DNA of 64,000 nucleotides from Malacoraja senta (Eukaryota), in contig CM075998.1 of NCBI GenBank assembly GCA_038087875.1, positions 2,420,001 through 2,484,000 of the forward strand, given 5' to 3'. Within the stretch, counting starts at the first letter, position 1; every line of letters begins with the position of its first letter. The translations under genes were made by a program, and so were the position numbers. The notes under the pieces were generated by a model. That model ran no database searches, was not told where the DNA came from, and saw only the letters and a list, made by a program, of their open reading frames with translations. Below, piece after piece: positions 39,257-52,010 of the stretch.

Positions 39257-40237
39257 CAAACATGTCTCCAACCTTTCTTGTCCTGACTATGATGTCTCCG
39301 CAGAGTCCCCCTGAGACTGCTCGCTTGCACGAACGGCGTGGCCCATCAGACAGCTTTGAGTCCAGTTAGTTTGTCAGTTCTGATGCTCTTGGATCGGACA
39401 CCCTCAAGTGTGGTCATGAGTCATTTTCCTTGCGACTGTCTAGGTCCTGCTCCAGTCTGTTGGTAAACCACAAGTGATGGATTGCCTGGACAAGGTGGGC
39501 TTGTCTGTCAATTGCTCTCCCCCCACCTGCATACCTCTCCCATGTTTTTATCAGTAGGCTCCGTACCATGAGCATTTGTTTTGGCATGAACTAAGTCGCC
39601 CTTTGCAGCCCACTAATTCAGTAGATTCCCCGTTGCTCTTCCCCATCGCTCATACCCACAAACAAAATAGAAACTGTGCACCATTTTTGTTATGGTCTCC
39701 TGATAAATGTGTCAACAGCAGCAGACCGCTGTTACAGGTTCACGTCGAAATTCAGCAGGTGATCGCCGATCTCCCAGACCATGGACAATTCAAAGCGGTT
39801 GTTGAAAGGGCACAGTCGCACCCTGCTGTTGCATCCACAATATGGTGCAGGATTCTATTTTGCATCCAAACTGGTGGGAATTGCAATTGCTAATGTCCAT
39901 CGGAAACTTGTTGGCCTTCCAATGTGAGGAGATGTTCAGTCCAGTTGAGTTCATTGTCACGTGTACTGAGGTACAGTGAAAAGCTTTTGTTGCGCGCTAA
40001 CCAGGCAGCGGAAAGACAATACAGTTGATGCATTGAATTGATGGCAGGATGAATGTGGAGAAAAATATGTACTAATTGTATTTATTGTGTATATTATGAA
40101 TAAAGTATATTTTTGACATAAATGTCATGTCGAGGTGTCAGGAAAGATTGAGAAAGTGATCAACCATTGGCAAACTGAGCTAGAACCTCACTGGATTTCC
40201 TCGATCACTTACCCTTGTTTTTTTTTTCCTCCTCCAG

Positions 40238-40275
40238 TCTGCAAGTTAGCAAGTCACAAGAAATGTGAAACCAAG
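40238..40275 (+). CDS. TNS2: Tensin-2 coding exon, C1 domain (V)CKLASHKKCETK
   Basis: Long polypyrimidine tract ending cctcctccag|TC, donor AAG|gtaaga; 38 nt, phase 1 to 0; CxxxxHxxC motif. Confidence 0.92.
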
Positions 40276-40796
40276 GTAAGATGTCTCTTCATTTGATGTG
40301 CTCACCTGGTCTGCGGTTTCAATGGACCGCATTCTCCGTAGTTTGGCTTTGTAGGATTCAATAAGCAAAAAATACTGCAGATGTTGGAAATCTGAATGAG
40401 ATTAGAATGAAGCACTGGGAACACTCAGCTGGTCAGGCAGCATCTGCAGAGAGAAAAACGGGAATGACGTTTCACACTGATGACCTTTCATCAGAACATT
40501 CAACTGATGAAAAGTTGTTGACCTGAAACTTTCTCCCATTCCACAGATGCTGCCTGATCTGCCAAGCATTTCCAGAAATCTTTCTTTTCATTACATCTCA
40601 GATATTATCATTCTCCTTTTCTTTTTAAACATGTTTTAGTCTATTGCTTACCAGGCGACCTTTGTGGCCGTCAGCTTGCAATGCACCAGGTTATAGAGGA
40701 ATTTTCACATGTTCTAGGAGCAGAATAAGGCTGTTGGGCCCATCAAGTCTACTCCGCCATTCAATCATGGCTATCTTTCCCTCTCGACCCATTCCC

Positions 40797-41518
40797 AAAG
40801 TCAAAAGCAAGTTTATTCGTCACATACACATACGAGATGTGCAGTGAAATGAAAAGTGGCAATGCTTGCGGATTGTGCAAAAAAAACTACAAAACAGAAT
40901 GGAACAGAATCACATATTCACACATTGCATATTTGTGGGAGGAAAAAAAGAAAAAAAACAGCAATTTTAAAAAGACACAACAGTAGATTGGTCCAGTAAA
41001 GTTAGTCCCTGGTGAGATAGGAGTTTACAGTCCTAATGGGAAGAAACTCCTTCTCAACCTCTCTGTTCTCACAGCATGGCAACGGAGGCGTTTGCCTGAC
41101 TGTAGCAGCTGGAACAGTCCGTTGCTCGGGTGGAAGGGGTCTCCCATGATCTTGTTGGCTCTGGCGTTACACCTTCTGATGTATAGTTCCTGCAGGGGGG
41201 CAAGTGTCCTTCCCATAGTGCGTTCGGCTGAACGCACCACTCTCTGCACAGCCTTCTTGTCCTGTGCAGAGCAGTTCCCAAACCAAATCGTGATGTTTCC
41301 GGACAAGATGCTTTCCACAGCCGCTGAGTAGAACACTGGAGGATCCTGAGAAACACTCAGAATTTCCTCAGCTGCCTGAGGTGGTAAAGGCGCTGCCTTG
41401 CCTTACTCACCAGTGCTGCAGCATGTGATGTCCATGTCAGATCCTCTGAGATGTGGACTCCCAGGTATTTAAAGCAGCTCACCCTAAACACAGTATCCCC
41501 ATTTATCCTCAATGGTGC
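40797..41518 (-). mobile_element. Rex1/Babar-type LINE 3' end
   Basis: FKYLGVHISEDLTW...KARQRLYHLRQLRKF and FYSAAVESILSGNITIWFGNC...LQSGKRLR...RSFFP. Confidence 0.88.
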
Positions 41519-42584
41519 CTTCCCCTGCCTTCGCCTCATAATTTTCAATAAATGTGTCAAGATTAATGGCTGGAATTAACCTGTCAGCCAGGATGTTCTC
41601 TCTCACGGCTGCTGAAGTCAAGTTGGAAGGCAGCTTTGCTCCTGTGGGGCTGAAGGTGAAGGTGGAGCTCTGCCTGCAGATCGACTGTTTGCAGCAAGAG
41701 CCAAGGTTTGGTGTGCGTTGGAACAAAAGGTCGTGGGAAGGACGGGCAGGGCAACCGAGTAGTGCACGGACAACTGTGAGGTCAGCTGCACGGACTCGAC
41801 CGCAGCTGGAGATCTGCAGAGGGGCAGGAAGAGCAGCAGCAACTTCAGCACCAGGAGACTGCATCGCAGGCAGGCCAACATCAAAGGTGGCCAAATGTTC
41901 CCACGTTAATTGTGTATAACCCAACCTATTTGTTCAAGCAGTTTAAATCGTTTCTCAGGAAGTCCAGCTTGTTGAAAGGATTTTCAGCAGTGCCTTTACT
42001 TTACCGACTCTCCCTCTTGTTTCCTTATCGTGCGCCCCTTTCCATGTATACCGTTTGCCCGTGAATCCCGACTGGCAGATGTCCTTTGCCTTAACCCTTT
42101 AACTGCCGGTCTTAACATCCACTCTCTTCCAAGGTTGAAATGCTTGCCCCTTCCCTTTCCCTATTTCCGACCTTCAATCCTCGCTGAACCCCTCTCTCCA
42201 AATACGGGAGTGTGTTTTATTATTGTGGTAGCAGTTGATTGCACAGGGTTCTGTGGGGTTGTGTTTAAGAAGGAACTGCAGATGCTGGAAAATCGAAGGT
42301 AGACAAAAATGCTGGAGAAACTCAAGCGGGATGCTGCTGCACCCGCTTAGTTTCTCCAGCACTTTTGTCTACCTTCTGTGGGGTGGTGAATGGAAATAGA
42401 TTTGCATAACAGAGAAATGAAGCCAGAAGGATCCCTGTTTGCTACAGCTTGCTAGCTGCAGTGTACTGTGTAATCATTGCTCCACAGCTACTGCGAGCAT
42501 CAGCTCCAGAAATTCCCCAGTCCCGCTATCCAGTCGTCGTTGACCTCAGCAGCATCAAAGTTAAGTGACTCGGCTTCCATAAGA

Positions 42585-42902
42585 TGCAGGAGCAGGATTA
42601 GGCCATTCAGCCCACCGAGGCTGTTCCACATTCAATCACGGCTGGTCTATATTTCCTTCTCAAACCTAATCTCCTACCTTCTCCCTGTAACCTTTAACAG
42701 CCTTACTAGTCAAGAAACTATCAATCTCCGCTTTAAAAACACTCAATGACTTGGCCTCCACCACCGTCTGTGGCAAAGAATACCACAGATTCACCACCCT
42801 CAATAAATTGCTCCTCGTCTCCTTCCTAAAAGTATGTCCTTTTAATCTGAGGCTGTGCCCTCTGATCCCAGAGTCTCCCACTAGTGCAAACATCCTCTCC
42901 AT
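42585..42902 (-). mobile_element. CR1 LINE 3' end
   Basis: GIRGHSLRLKG...VVNLWYSLPQTVVEAKSLSVFK on - strand. Confidence 0.8.
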
Positions 42903-43329
42903 GTTAATTATACTATACGTAAATACAATCTGAAGAAGGGTCTCGACCCGAAACGTCACCCATTCCTTCTCACCAGAGATGCTGCCTGTCCCGCTGAGTT
43001 CTAGAGTAGTGAGCTAGATGCGTGAGTTTGACAGTAGCCGAGGAAACGAATATACAAGAGAAACGAGTGACTTGTCAAAAATCAGATCCGATTCACTTCA
43101 GGGAATATAATCTGTCCTTACCCGGTCTGAACTGCATGTGACTCCAAGCCAACCACATTAGCTCCCCTTTAAAAAGGACCCAGTTAACCACTCACTTCAG
43201 AGGCAATGCGATGTCCATAGCCCCTGAAGGATGAGTGAAAGGAGCTCAGGAAACAAGACAAAGTGGATTGTAGGGATGCCGACTGTTTGTCTGCCCGCCC
43301 CCATGCTCTGAAGGGTAGCATTAGCTCCT

Positions 43330-43830
43330 TAGAAACATAGACAATAGGTGCAGGAGTAGGCCATTCAGCCCTTCGAGCCAGCACTGCCATTCAATATGAG
43401 CATGGCTGATCATCCAAAATCAGTGACCCGTTCCTGCTTTTTCCCCACATCCCTTGATTCCGTTAGCCCTAAGAGCTAAATCTAACTCTCTCTTGAATAC
43501 ATCCAGTGAATTGGCCTCCACTGCCTTCTGTGGCCGAGAATTCCACAGATTCACAACTCTCTGGGTGAAAAAGTTCTTCCTCATCTCAGTCCTAAATGGC
43601 CGACCCCTTATTATTAAACTGTGTGACCCCTGATTCTGGACTCCCCCAACATCGGGAACATTTTTCCTGCATCTAGCCTGTCCAATCCCTTGAGAATTTT
43701 ATTTGTTTCTATAAGATACCCCCTCATCCTTCTAAATTCCAGTGAATACAAGACCATTCCTTCATCATATGTCAGTCCCACCATCCCGGGAATTAACCTG
43801 GTGAACCTGCGCTGCACTCACTCAATAGCA
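43330..43830 (-). mobile_element. CR1/HER1 LINE 3' end
   Basis: [18 protein letters not shown]...LEFRRMRGYLIETNKIL on - strand. Confidence 0.88.
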
Positions 43831-44449
43831 GCTCCTTGCTGCATTTGTACATTTGTAAAAATACTTCCTGAAAATTTTAGCACGCTAAATCTACCGCAAG
43901 GGCCACACAATAGAGTGGATGTTCCATTTAAAATGAGGGCTTTAACAATACTTAGTATTATTTAATACCCAAAACATTTGGAGTTAGCTGCCTGCTGCCC
44001 ATTTGGGATCTGTGTGGCTGAGAGGCTTTGCAGTAACTTTGGCCCCTGCCATCATGTGAAAATTCCACATTTCCAAGAACCGTACAGGACACTCTGTTCT
44101 CCGGAGTTTAAATTTAATCTCCAATCACCACCAAACCGGAAACTTGAATCACCCCCTCCTCCAGAGTCCCACCAGGCATGCCCGTTCCCAGGCTAACCCT
44201 GGCCAAGACTGCCTGACAATTAGCCACTATATTTGGTTGCCTTGGCCTCCCTGTTTTGAAGCACTTGGAGAATTTGCCACAGACAGTGGTCGGCAAAGCA
44301 GAGGAGGGGGGGGAGGGAACTAACTGGCTGTAAAAACAGAGTTGAGTAACAAGTCGGATGGAGTATCTGCCGATTTGGACATAGCTGAACCCCTTGGAGA
44401 ATTTATTAACCAGCAAAACAGGGAACTTTATTCTGCTGAATCTTGCTAG

Positions 44450-44735
44450 ACGTAAAATGCCGGAGTAACTCAGCGGGACAGGCAGCATCTTTGGATAGAA
44501 GGAATGGGTGACGTTTCAGGTCGAGACCCTTCTTCCTAGTAAAGATGAGGGAGTGGGGGCCTGGAAAACGGAAGTCATTAAAGAGACGAAGGGCATGTGA
44601 GGTGTCTTGGACATAGGTCGGGAGGGATTGGACTGGGGGGGGGAATAGGAAGGAGTCGTGGTACGTGGAAATGAATTCAGTGGGGCAGGAGCAGGAGCAG
44701 GCAGAAACAATGGGTCTGCCAGGGGCAGTTTTGTT
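44450..44735 (-). mobile_element. Penelope-like RT fragment joined to terminal repeat
   Basis: PGRPIVSACSCSCPTEFISTY...VQSLPTYVQDTSHALRLFNDFRFPGPHSLIFT (Penelope RT motif). Confidence 0.8.
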
Positions 44736-45536
44736 TATGGATTTATGGTTTATGGATACTCCAAACACACGGGTCCATGCCGACACTCCATTGTGATGCT
44801 GGGGGAGTGTTATGCCATTAGTTTGACCCTGCCTTTGATGACATGAGCCGTGAAGCTAAGGAAGGACGACTTCATGCATGAGTGTACGAGGAATTACTGT
44901 CCTTCCTCGTCCATCGTCACTGGGTCCCGTGCAGGTGATGCATCCTGTCCAGTTACAACAGTGGGCTACCTGCCTATGTCCACCCGGACAGTAAGTGGAT
45001 GTAAAAAAGCTGAAGGGTTCTTCTTATAGTTGCGTCCAGTTCTGCTGAGGTGTCCCCCCCCCTCCCCCACTCCTGCGTAAATGGCTTTGAACGATACATT
45101 TTCAAAATAAAGTCACCAGTGGGCCAACAATGACTCTAATTTAAAGTGACCCGTCTTATGAACATGGTCGAACAGGCAGGAATGTGGCCCCTGATGGACA
45201 AGACATTTTCCTGAGAAACTGCAGTAAATGTTAGAGGTTTCAAAGAATGCTGGAGGTCAGTAGATTTGGTAGCAGGCCATGTTGTTCGCAGCAGTGAGCT
45301 TCCTGACGGGAATCAGGATGGCTGTTGATTCTATTTTACTGAGTGTCACTGGGGAGGAATGCCAGAGCCCTTAGAATCTTTGAATTTCACTCGCCAACAG
45401 CTTAGTGCATTGAAAATGTATGCGTGCAATGTTACAAAAGTCTCCTGTCCTCTGATCGTTGGATAATGTGATAAAATGCCACTTTCAGTTCAGTTTACAG
45501 GATGCACTTAGACCATAGGATGAGTATGTATTATTA

Positions 45537-46155
45537 AGAAAGCACATCAGCACCTCTACTTCCTGAGAAGATTACGGAGAGTCGGTTTGTCAAGGAGGAC
45601 TCTCTCTAACTTCTACAGGTGCACAGTAGAGAGCATGCTGACCGGTTGCATCGTGGCTTGGTTCGGCAACTTGAGTGCCCTGGAGAGGAAAAGACTACAA
45701 AAAGTAGTAAACTCTGCCCAGTCCATCATCGGCTCTGACCTCCCTTCCATCGAGGGGATCTATCGCAGTCGCTGCCTCAAAAAGGCTGGCAGTATCATCA
45801 AGGACCCACACCATCCTGGCCACACACTCATCTCCCCGCTGCCTTCAGGTAGAAGGTACAGGAGCCTGAAGACTGCAACGACCAGGTTCAGGAATAGCTA
45901 CTTCCCCACAGCCATCAGGCTATTAAACTTGGCTCGAACAAAACTCTGAACATTAATAGCCCATTATCTGTTATTTGCACTTTTATCAGTTTATTTATTC
46001 ATGTGTGTGTATATATTTATATAATGGTATATGGACACACTGATCTGTTTTGTAGTCAATGCCTACTATGTTCTGTTGTGCTGAAGCAAAGCAAGAATTT
46101 CATTGTCTTATCAGGGACACATGACAATAAACTCTCTTGAATCTTGAATCTTGAA
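45537..46155 (+). mobile_element. Rex1/Babar-type LINE 3' end with (cttgaat)n tail
   Basis: NFYRCTVESMLTGCIVAWFGN...LPSGRRYRSLKTATTRFRNSYFPTAIRLLN; aataaa followed by short-repeat tail. Confidence 0.9.
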
Positions 46156-46577
46156 TGTAGAGTTGCCCCAAAGGGCTAATGCCCTCTTTACCAGCGGTGT
46201 GTGAATTCTTGGATCTTGGGGTTGATTTGCAAAGACGGAGTTTACAAGCTGCTCTGCTGGGCATTCCAGGAGTTAACCTGCTGTCTTCATGCTCGACAGA
46301 TGTTTCCTTTCAAGGCAGAGTTGCCTTGGGAGGCTGCCACAAAGCGCAGCTAACTTGCTCAGTGCCTGTCCTTCCATTTCAGAATCTCCCTGCCAATTTT
46401 CTCTGGCCTTGCACCAAGCTTGACCTCGGAAGATAGTTTGGGAGGAGGGTGGGTGGAAATGATGGATGATCGTGCAGAAAAGATGTCACAAAGACCCCAG
46501 CAATTCCAAGGCAGCATCTTTGAGAAGGACCCTGAGTGGAGCTGGTGATATGAGTTTTAAAGAGCGCACCAGTTGGG

Positions 46578-46870
46578 GGCAGTCACGGTGGCGCAGCGGT
46601 AGAGTTGCTGCCTTAAAGCGCTTCCATCGCCAGAGACCCGGGTTCGATCCCGACTAAGGGTGCTGTCTGTACGGAGTTTGTACGTTCTCCCCATGACCTG
46701 CGTGGGTTTTCCCCGAGATCTTCGGTTTCCTCCCACACTCCAAAGACGTACAGGTTTGTAGATTAATTGGCTTGGTGTGTGTAAGATAGTGTTAATGTGC
46801 GGGGATCGCTGGTCGGCGCTGACTCGGTGGGCCGAAGGGCCTGTTTCCGCACTGTACCTCTAAACTAAAC
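46578..46870 (+). mobile_element. HE1-type V-SINE
   Basis: ggtggcgcagcggtagagttgctgcc...gggttcgatccc...taaactaaac. Confidence 0.9.
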
Positions 46871-47057
46871 AAAACCAGCTCACCTCAAGAAGCTGACGTC
46901 CCTCTGCTATCCACTCTGTGGAATGCAAGTCGGATAAAAAATGTGCTTCATTGTACAAGATAAGCTCAGTTCTTTTCTGCTGTTCATTTAACTGTCTCCA
47001 AGGATCTACAGTGCAGTAACCTTGCTGGTTGTTTTTAGCCTATTCACTAGATGTTAG

Positions 47058-47144
47058 AGGAGAACAGAGCTTCAAGGCACCTTCCCCATGGCCAACACAT
47101 CCTGTGTTGGCCATGGGGAAGGTGCCTTGAAGCTCTGTTCTCCT
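47058..47144. repeat. Perfect 42-bp inverted repeat with 3-nt spacer
   Basis: 47058-47099 is the exact reverse complement of 47103-47144. Confidence 0.97.
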
Positions 47145-47213
47145 GTTACCATCGGGAGATGGAGCCTGAGAACCGTGGCCACCAGGTTGAAGAACCATCA
47201 GGCTCTTGAAACT

Positions 47214-47507
47214 GGGCGGCACAGCAGCACAGTGGTGCCTCACAGCGCCAGAGACCCAGGTTCGATCCTGACCTCAGGTGCTCTCTGTGCGTGAAGTTTG
47301 CATGTTCTCCCTGTGACCACACGTGTGTCCTCCGAGCGCTCCGGTTTCCTCCCACATCCCAGAGATGTGCGGGTTTGCAGGTTAATTGGCCCTCTGTAAA
47401 TTGCCCCTAATGTGTAGGGAGTGGATGAGAAAGTGGGATAACATAGAACTAGTGTGAATGGGTGATCGATGGTCGTTGTGGACTCGGCGGGCCGAAGGGC
47501 CTGTTCC
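47214..47507 (+). mobile_element. HE1-type V-SINE (second subfamily)
   Basis: Same head; 3' part shared with 21700-21975 (gtggatgagaaagtggga). Confidence 0.85.
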
Positions 47508-48002
47508 AATGCCCTTTGTTCGTGCCCTTACTGGATCAGACATTAAGCTGAGGCCCCATCTGCTCTTAGAGGCAGCTGTGAATGATCCATGGCCACTATC
47601 CTGTTTCCCTGCTCAAATATTTATCCCCCAAAGCAGATTATCTGGTCATTATCACATTGGTGTTTGTACGATCTTGCTGCACATAAACTGCCTGCCATGA
47701 TACCCACAATAGTGGACTGCACTAAAAGCACTTCATTGACTTCAAGTGCTCTGGGACTTCCTGAAATGTATCCATGCCTGGATATTGTAAAGGCCAAATT
47801 CACTGCTGGCCTTTGTTCCCACAGATGGTCAGTTGAATGTCTTGTTTCAGACCTCTTCATTTCCCTGCAGCGCTCCAGTCATCTCTCAAACAATTCTGGG
47901 CAAACCTTGATTATTCCAAAGACATTTCAAACTGTTTATTTAAGGAACTGGAGAACTGCATAGGAGAGCGCTAAATCAGCTCCACAATGCTGGGACCCTA
48001 TC

Positions 48003-48492
48003 TCAAGTCAAGTCAAGTCAAGTTTATTCGTCACATACACATACGAGATGTGCAGTGAAATGAAAAGTGGCCATGCTCGCAGATTTTGCAAAAAAAAACA
48101 AAAAACAAACTACAAACAGAATGGAACAGAATCACATATTCACATATTACATATTTGTGGGAGGAAAAAAAAGGGAAAAACAGCAATTAAAAATAGACAC
48201 CACACAACATTAAAATGGTTCAGTAAAGTTAGTCGCTGGTGAGATAGGAGTTTACAGTCCTAATGGCCTCTGGGAAGAAACTCCTTCTCATCCTCTCCGT
48301 TTTCACAGCGTGGCAACGGAGGCGTTTGCCTGACCGTAGCAGCTGGAACAGTCCGTTGCTGGGGGGGTAGGGGTCCCCCATGATCTTGTTGGCTCTGGAT
48401 CTGCACCTCCTGATGTATAGGTCCTGCAGGGGGGCGAGTGTAGTTCCCATAGTGCATTCGGCCGAACGCACTACTCACTGCAGAGCCTTCTT
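48003..48492 (-). mobile_element. Rex1/Babar-type LINE 3' end (same subfamily as 40797-41518)
   Basis: RSAECTMG...LRSGKRLRCHAVKTERMRRSFFPEAIRTVN; (caagt)n tail. Confidence 0.88.
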
Positions 48493-49261
48493 ATAATCTC
48501 CTTATTATGCTGTAAGGGATGGGCTGCATTTCCACAGTGTTCTTGGATGTTCAGGATGTCCTGAAGCACTCTTCAACCAGTGCAGTGTTTTTCAAATGTT
48601 ATTGTACGGTGGTGGGCCGAAGGGCCTGTTTAGTGTCACTAAACTAAAAATAAAACGAAAAGCTATGCCAACTCAAAACTGGGCATCCACAGGGCGTTGT
48701 GGACCAGAGACAGCAGCAGCAGAAGTGTTCACCAGGGATCAACTGTGATGAGGATCTAACCAGAGGAAGTTACAGCAGGAGACACTCTACATTGCAAAAC
48801 AGCATGCAATGTCCAGAGCTAAGCAATCTATAAATGGAAGGTAGACAAAATTGCTGGAGAAACTCAGCGGGTGCGGCAGCATCTATGGAGCGAAGGAAAT
48901 AGAGAACGTTTCGGCCCGAAACGTTGCCTATTTCCTTCGCTCCATAGATGCTGCCACACCCGCTGAGTTTCTCCAGCAATCTATAAATGGACCCAGGCAA
49001 ATGCTCTGCAGTCCTGGCTCATCAGGTTTTGAATGGTGAGGTATAATTAAACAACTAAAAGGAGGGGGGGGGGGGGGGGGGGGGTTTCCAAGAACATTAT
49101 TGTGTTCAGTGGTGGCTGGGTCCAGAAATGCTAAAGATGAGGCTGAATCATTGACGACCATATTCGGCCAGAAGTGCCAAGTGCATGATCTGTCTCAGCT
49201 TCTTCCTGAGGGCACCACCATCACAGAAGCCAGCCATCAACCAAATTTATTTGCTCCACAT

Positions 49262-49856
49262 GATAGAAACATAGAAACATAGAAAATAGGTGCAGGTGTA
49301 GGCCATTCGGCCCTTCGAGCCTGCACCGCCATTCAATATGATCATGGCTGATCATCCAACTCAGTATCCTGTACCTGCCTTCTCTCCATACCCCCTGATC
49401 CCTTTAGCCACAAGGGCCACATCTAACTCCCTCTTAAATATAGCCAATGAACTGGCCTCAACTACTTTCTGTGGCAGAGAATTCCACAGATTCACCACTC
49501 TCTGTGTGAAAAATGTTTTTCTCATCTCGGTCCTAAAAGATTTCCCCCTTATCCTTAAACTGTGACCCCTTGTTCTGGACTTCCCCAACATCAGGAACAA
49601 TCTTCCTGCATCTAGCCTGTCCAACCCCTTAAGAATGTTGTAAGTTTCTATAAGTGATACGTTCTAATACGTGATCCATATTCTTCCATTTCCTGCATGT
49701 CCATGTGCCTATCTGAAGGCCTCTTAAACACCACTATCGTTTCTGCCTCCACCTCCACCGTCACCACCCGCAGCGCGTTCCAGGCACTCACCATGCTGTG
49801 TGCAAAAAAAAACCTAGCCCGCATATCTCCTTTAAACATTGGCTCCCTCACCTTCA
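49262..49856 (-). mobile_element. Two adjacent CR1 LINE 3' fragments
   Basis: LDAGRLFLMLGKSRTRGHSLRIRG...LWNSLPQKVVEA (49262-49650) and an older copy (49660-49856). Confidence 0.85.
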
Positions 49857-51693
49857 AGGGTTGTTGGAAGCATCATTCCAGCACTGTGTGTTGTTCCTTG
49901 GTAAAACAGCATCTGCACTTTCTTGTTTCCAGCACGAAAAGATCCTTTTGTAAAATGAGCATTTCAACTGTGACTGCACCTCTGCGATCTATGCAAAAAG
50001 ATGATTGGATTTTTGCCTGAAAAGAAAAAACTAGTTACTCTTTAAATTAAAGAGTATTAGAGTTCGAGTAAATTTAAGGCCTTAATCAATTTCCGGTTTC
50101 CAATGAGTTTTGTTGCTGCAGTTGCAACACTTTTTGATTACGTTAGTATCCATAGCCCGAAGGGAAACTTCTCCACATGCTTTGGACGTTCAAAACAAGG
50201 TTTAAATGTGAACTACTGACATTGATTCTGAACATGTTACCTCCTTCCCCTGGGTCGGATCTTGTTTATGTCAGAAGCAGAGTTCAAGACTTGGCAGAAG
50301 AGTACCTTTAACTGAAAAATGTTCACAGAATTCATTTAAATGCAGATTTTTGGAGTGGGAGGTTTTGAGTTTCAGCAAAGTATGTTTAGAACAGTGCAAA
50401 GGACAGAAGGACAAGGGAGATGGGGAGGCTGCAAGAGAGGGCTACCAGTGTACTACTGCTATACACTGGCACTGTATCTGAGATGCTGATCTAAGTGCTT
50501 ATGTGTAGAGATACTTGTACTGAACTGTATACAAAAATGAATTTCACTGTACCTTGGTACATATGACAGATAAAATATCATACCATACCATAAAATAAAG
50601 AATTCCAATCCGGTCCCAACTGTTAGCAAATTATGCTTTTGATTTGTAACTTCTGGGACGTGGATTAAGATAACCCTGACTCAAAAAAGGCCCATCGTTT
50701 TGGGATGGGTTTCAACAGCATCCTTAAAATAGGTGGAATTGGAAGAGTGCGGAGATGTGAGACATTAAAGGACCGGAGGCTATCGCAGAGATATGGAGGG
50801 ATGTGGGCCCGGAGGGAATTGGCAACCCGCATGATAATTTTACATTTAAGGCGTGACTCATTGGAAACCAACGTGGATCAGCAAACGTAGGGTGACAGCC
50901 GAACGGGACGTACGCCTGTTGGGACATCAAGCGCTGAATAAATGTTTAGCAAAGGTGGGAAGCCAGCCAGGAGTGTGTACGGTGTAGTCGGTTTTCGAGG
51001 TAAAGGAGGCTAACTGGAGAACACCCAGAGAGGAGGTTTAAAGAGGCTTGCTTAGCGCTTGTGTGAAGTGAAGCCGAGCCAGGTGGAGAGAGTCAGACGT
51101 TACACATTGGAACTGAAAGGACTCTCTGTCCGGATTTGTTTTCCATCTTATTAATGTTCTGTGGATGGATGTACGGGCTTCTATAAACAGAGGCCAGAGT
51201 TTATTCTGTCAAGCAACTCAACAGCTATTGAATTAAAATCAACAGCCAAACAGTGCGCTACAAGAAAAATATTTGAGATACAGCTCGCTTGGGTCACTAG
51301 TTTTCGAGTAAACCTACAGTGAAGCTGACTGTCGGCCTGCCTGCTTCCACCCTTAGTGGAAACTAATCTTTCTCGCACAGCGGGCAAGTCCATCGTTACT
51401 CCAGCTCCGAATCCTGAGCTGGTGGAGCTGAAAGAAGGAAGGTCTCACTCTGCTGACCCCGAGCGGCCTCTCATGGACAGAGTTAAAGGGCAGTGGCAAT
51501 TTTTTCTAATGTGTAAAGCTGCCAGGAATTCACAAAATCTTTCACTTCACTCACAGGGCATGATTGGGAAATGATGAGGGGTGATTTCTTGAGGAAGACG
51601 GCATCCTCCCCCAGATTCAAGGTCAGGCATGACATTGGATGGATGCAGAGGGAGGTTTATTCTGCATCTGGCCCATCTTGCATCAGACAAAAA

Positions 51694-52010
51694 CGGTAGA
51701 ACAGTGGTACAGCGGTAGAGATGCTGCCTCACAGCGCCAGAGACCTGGGTTTGATCCCGACTACGGGTGCTGTCTGTACTGAGTTTGTACATTCTCTCCG
51801 TGACCTGCGTGGGTTTTCTCCGAAATCTTCAGTTTCCTCCCACACTCCAAAGATATACAGGTTGGTAGGTTAATTGGCTTGGTTAAATTATAAATTGTCC
51901 CTAGCATGTGTAGGATAGTGTTAATGTGCGGGGATCGCTGGTCGGTGAGGACTCGATGGGGCGAAGGGCCTGTGTCCACGCTGTATATCTAAACACTAAA
52001 AACTAAAACT
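51694..52010 (+). mobile_element. HE1-type V-SINE
   Basis: Near full-length copy with (actaaa)n tail. Confidence 0.88.

Noticed and set aside
46578..46660. tRNA genes at ggtggcgcagcggtagag...gggttcgatccc
   Set aside because: These are tRNA-derived heads of HE1-type SINEs, continuous with SINE body and tail
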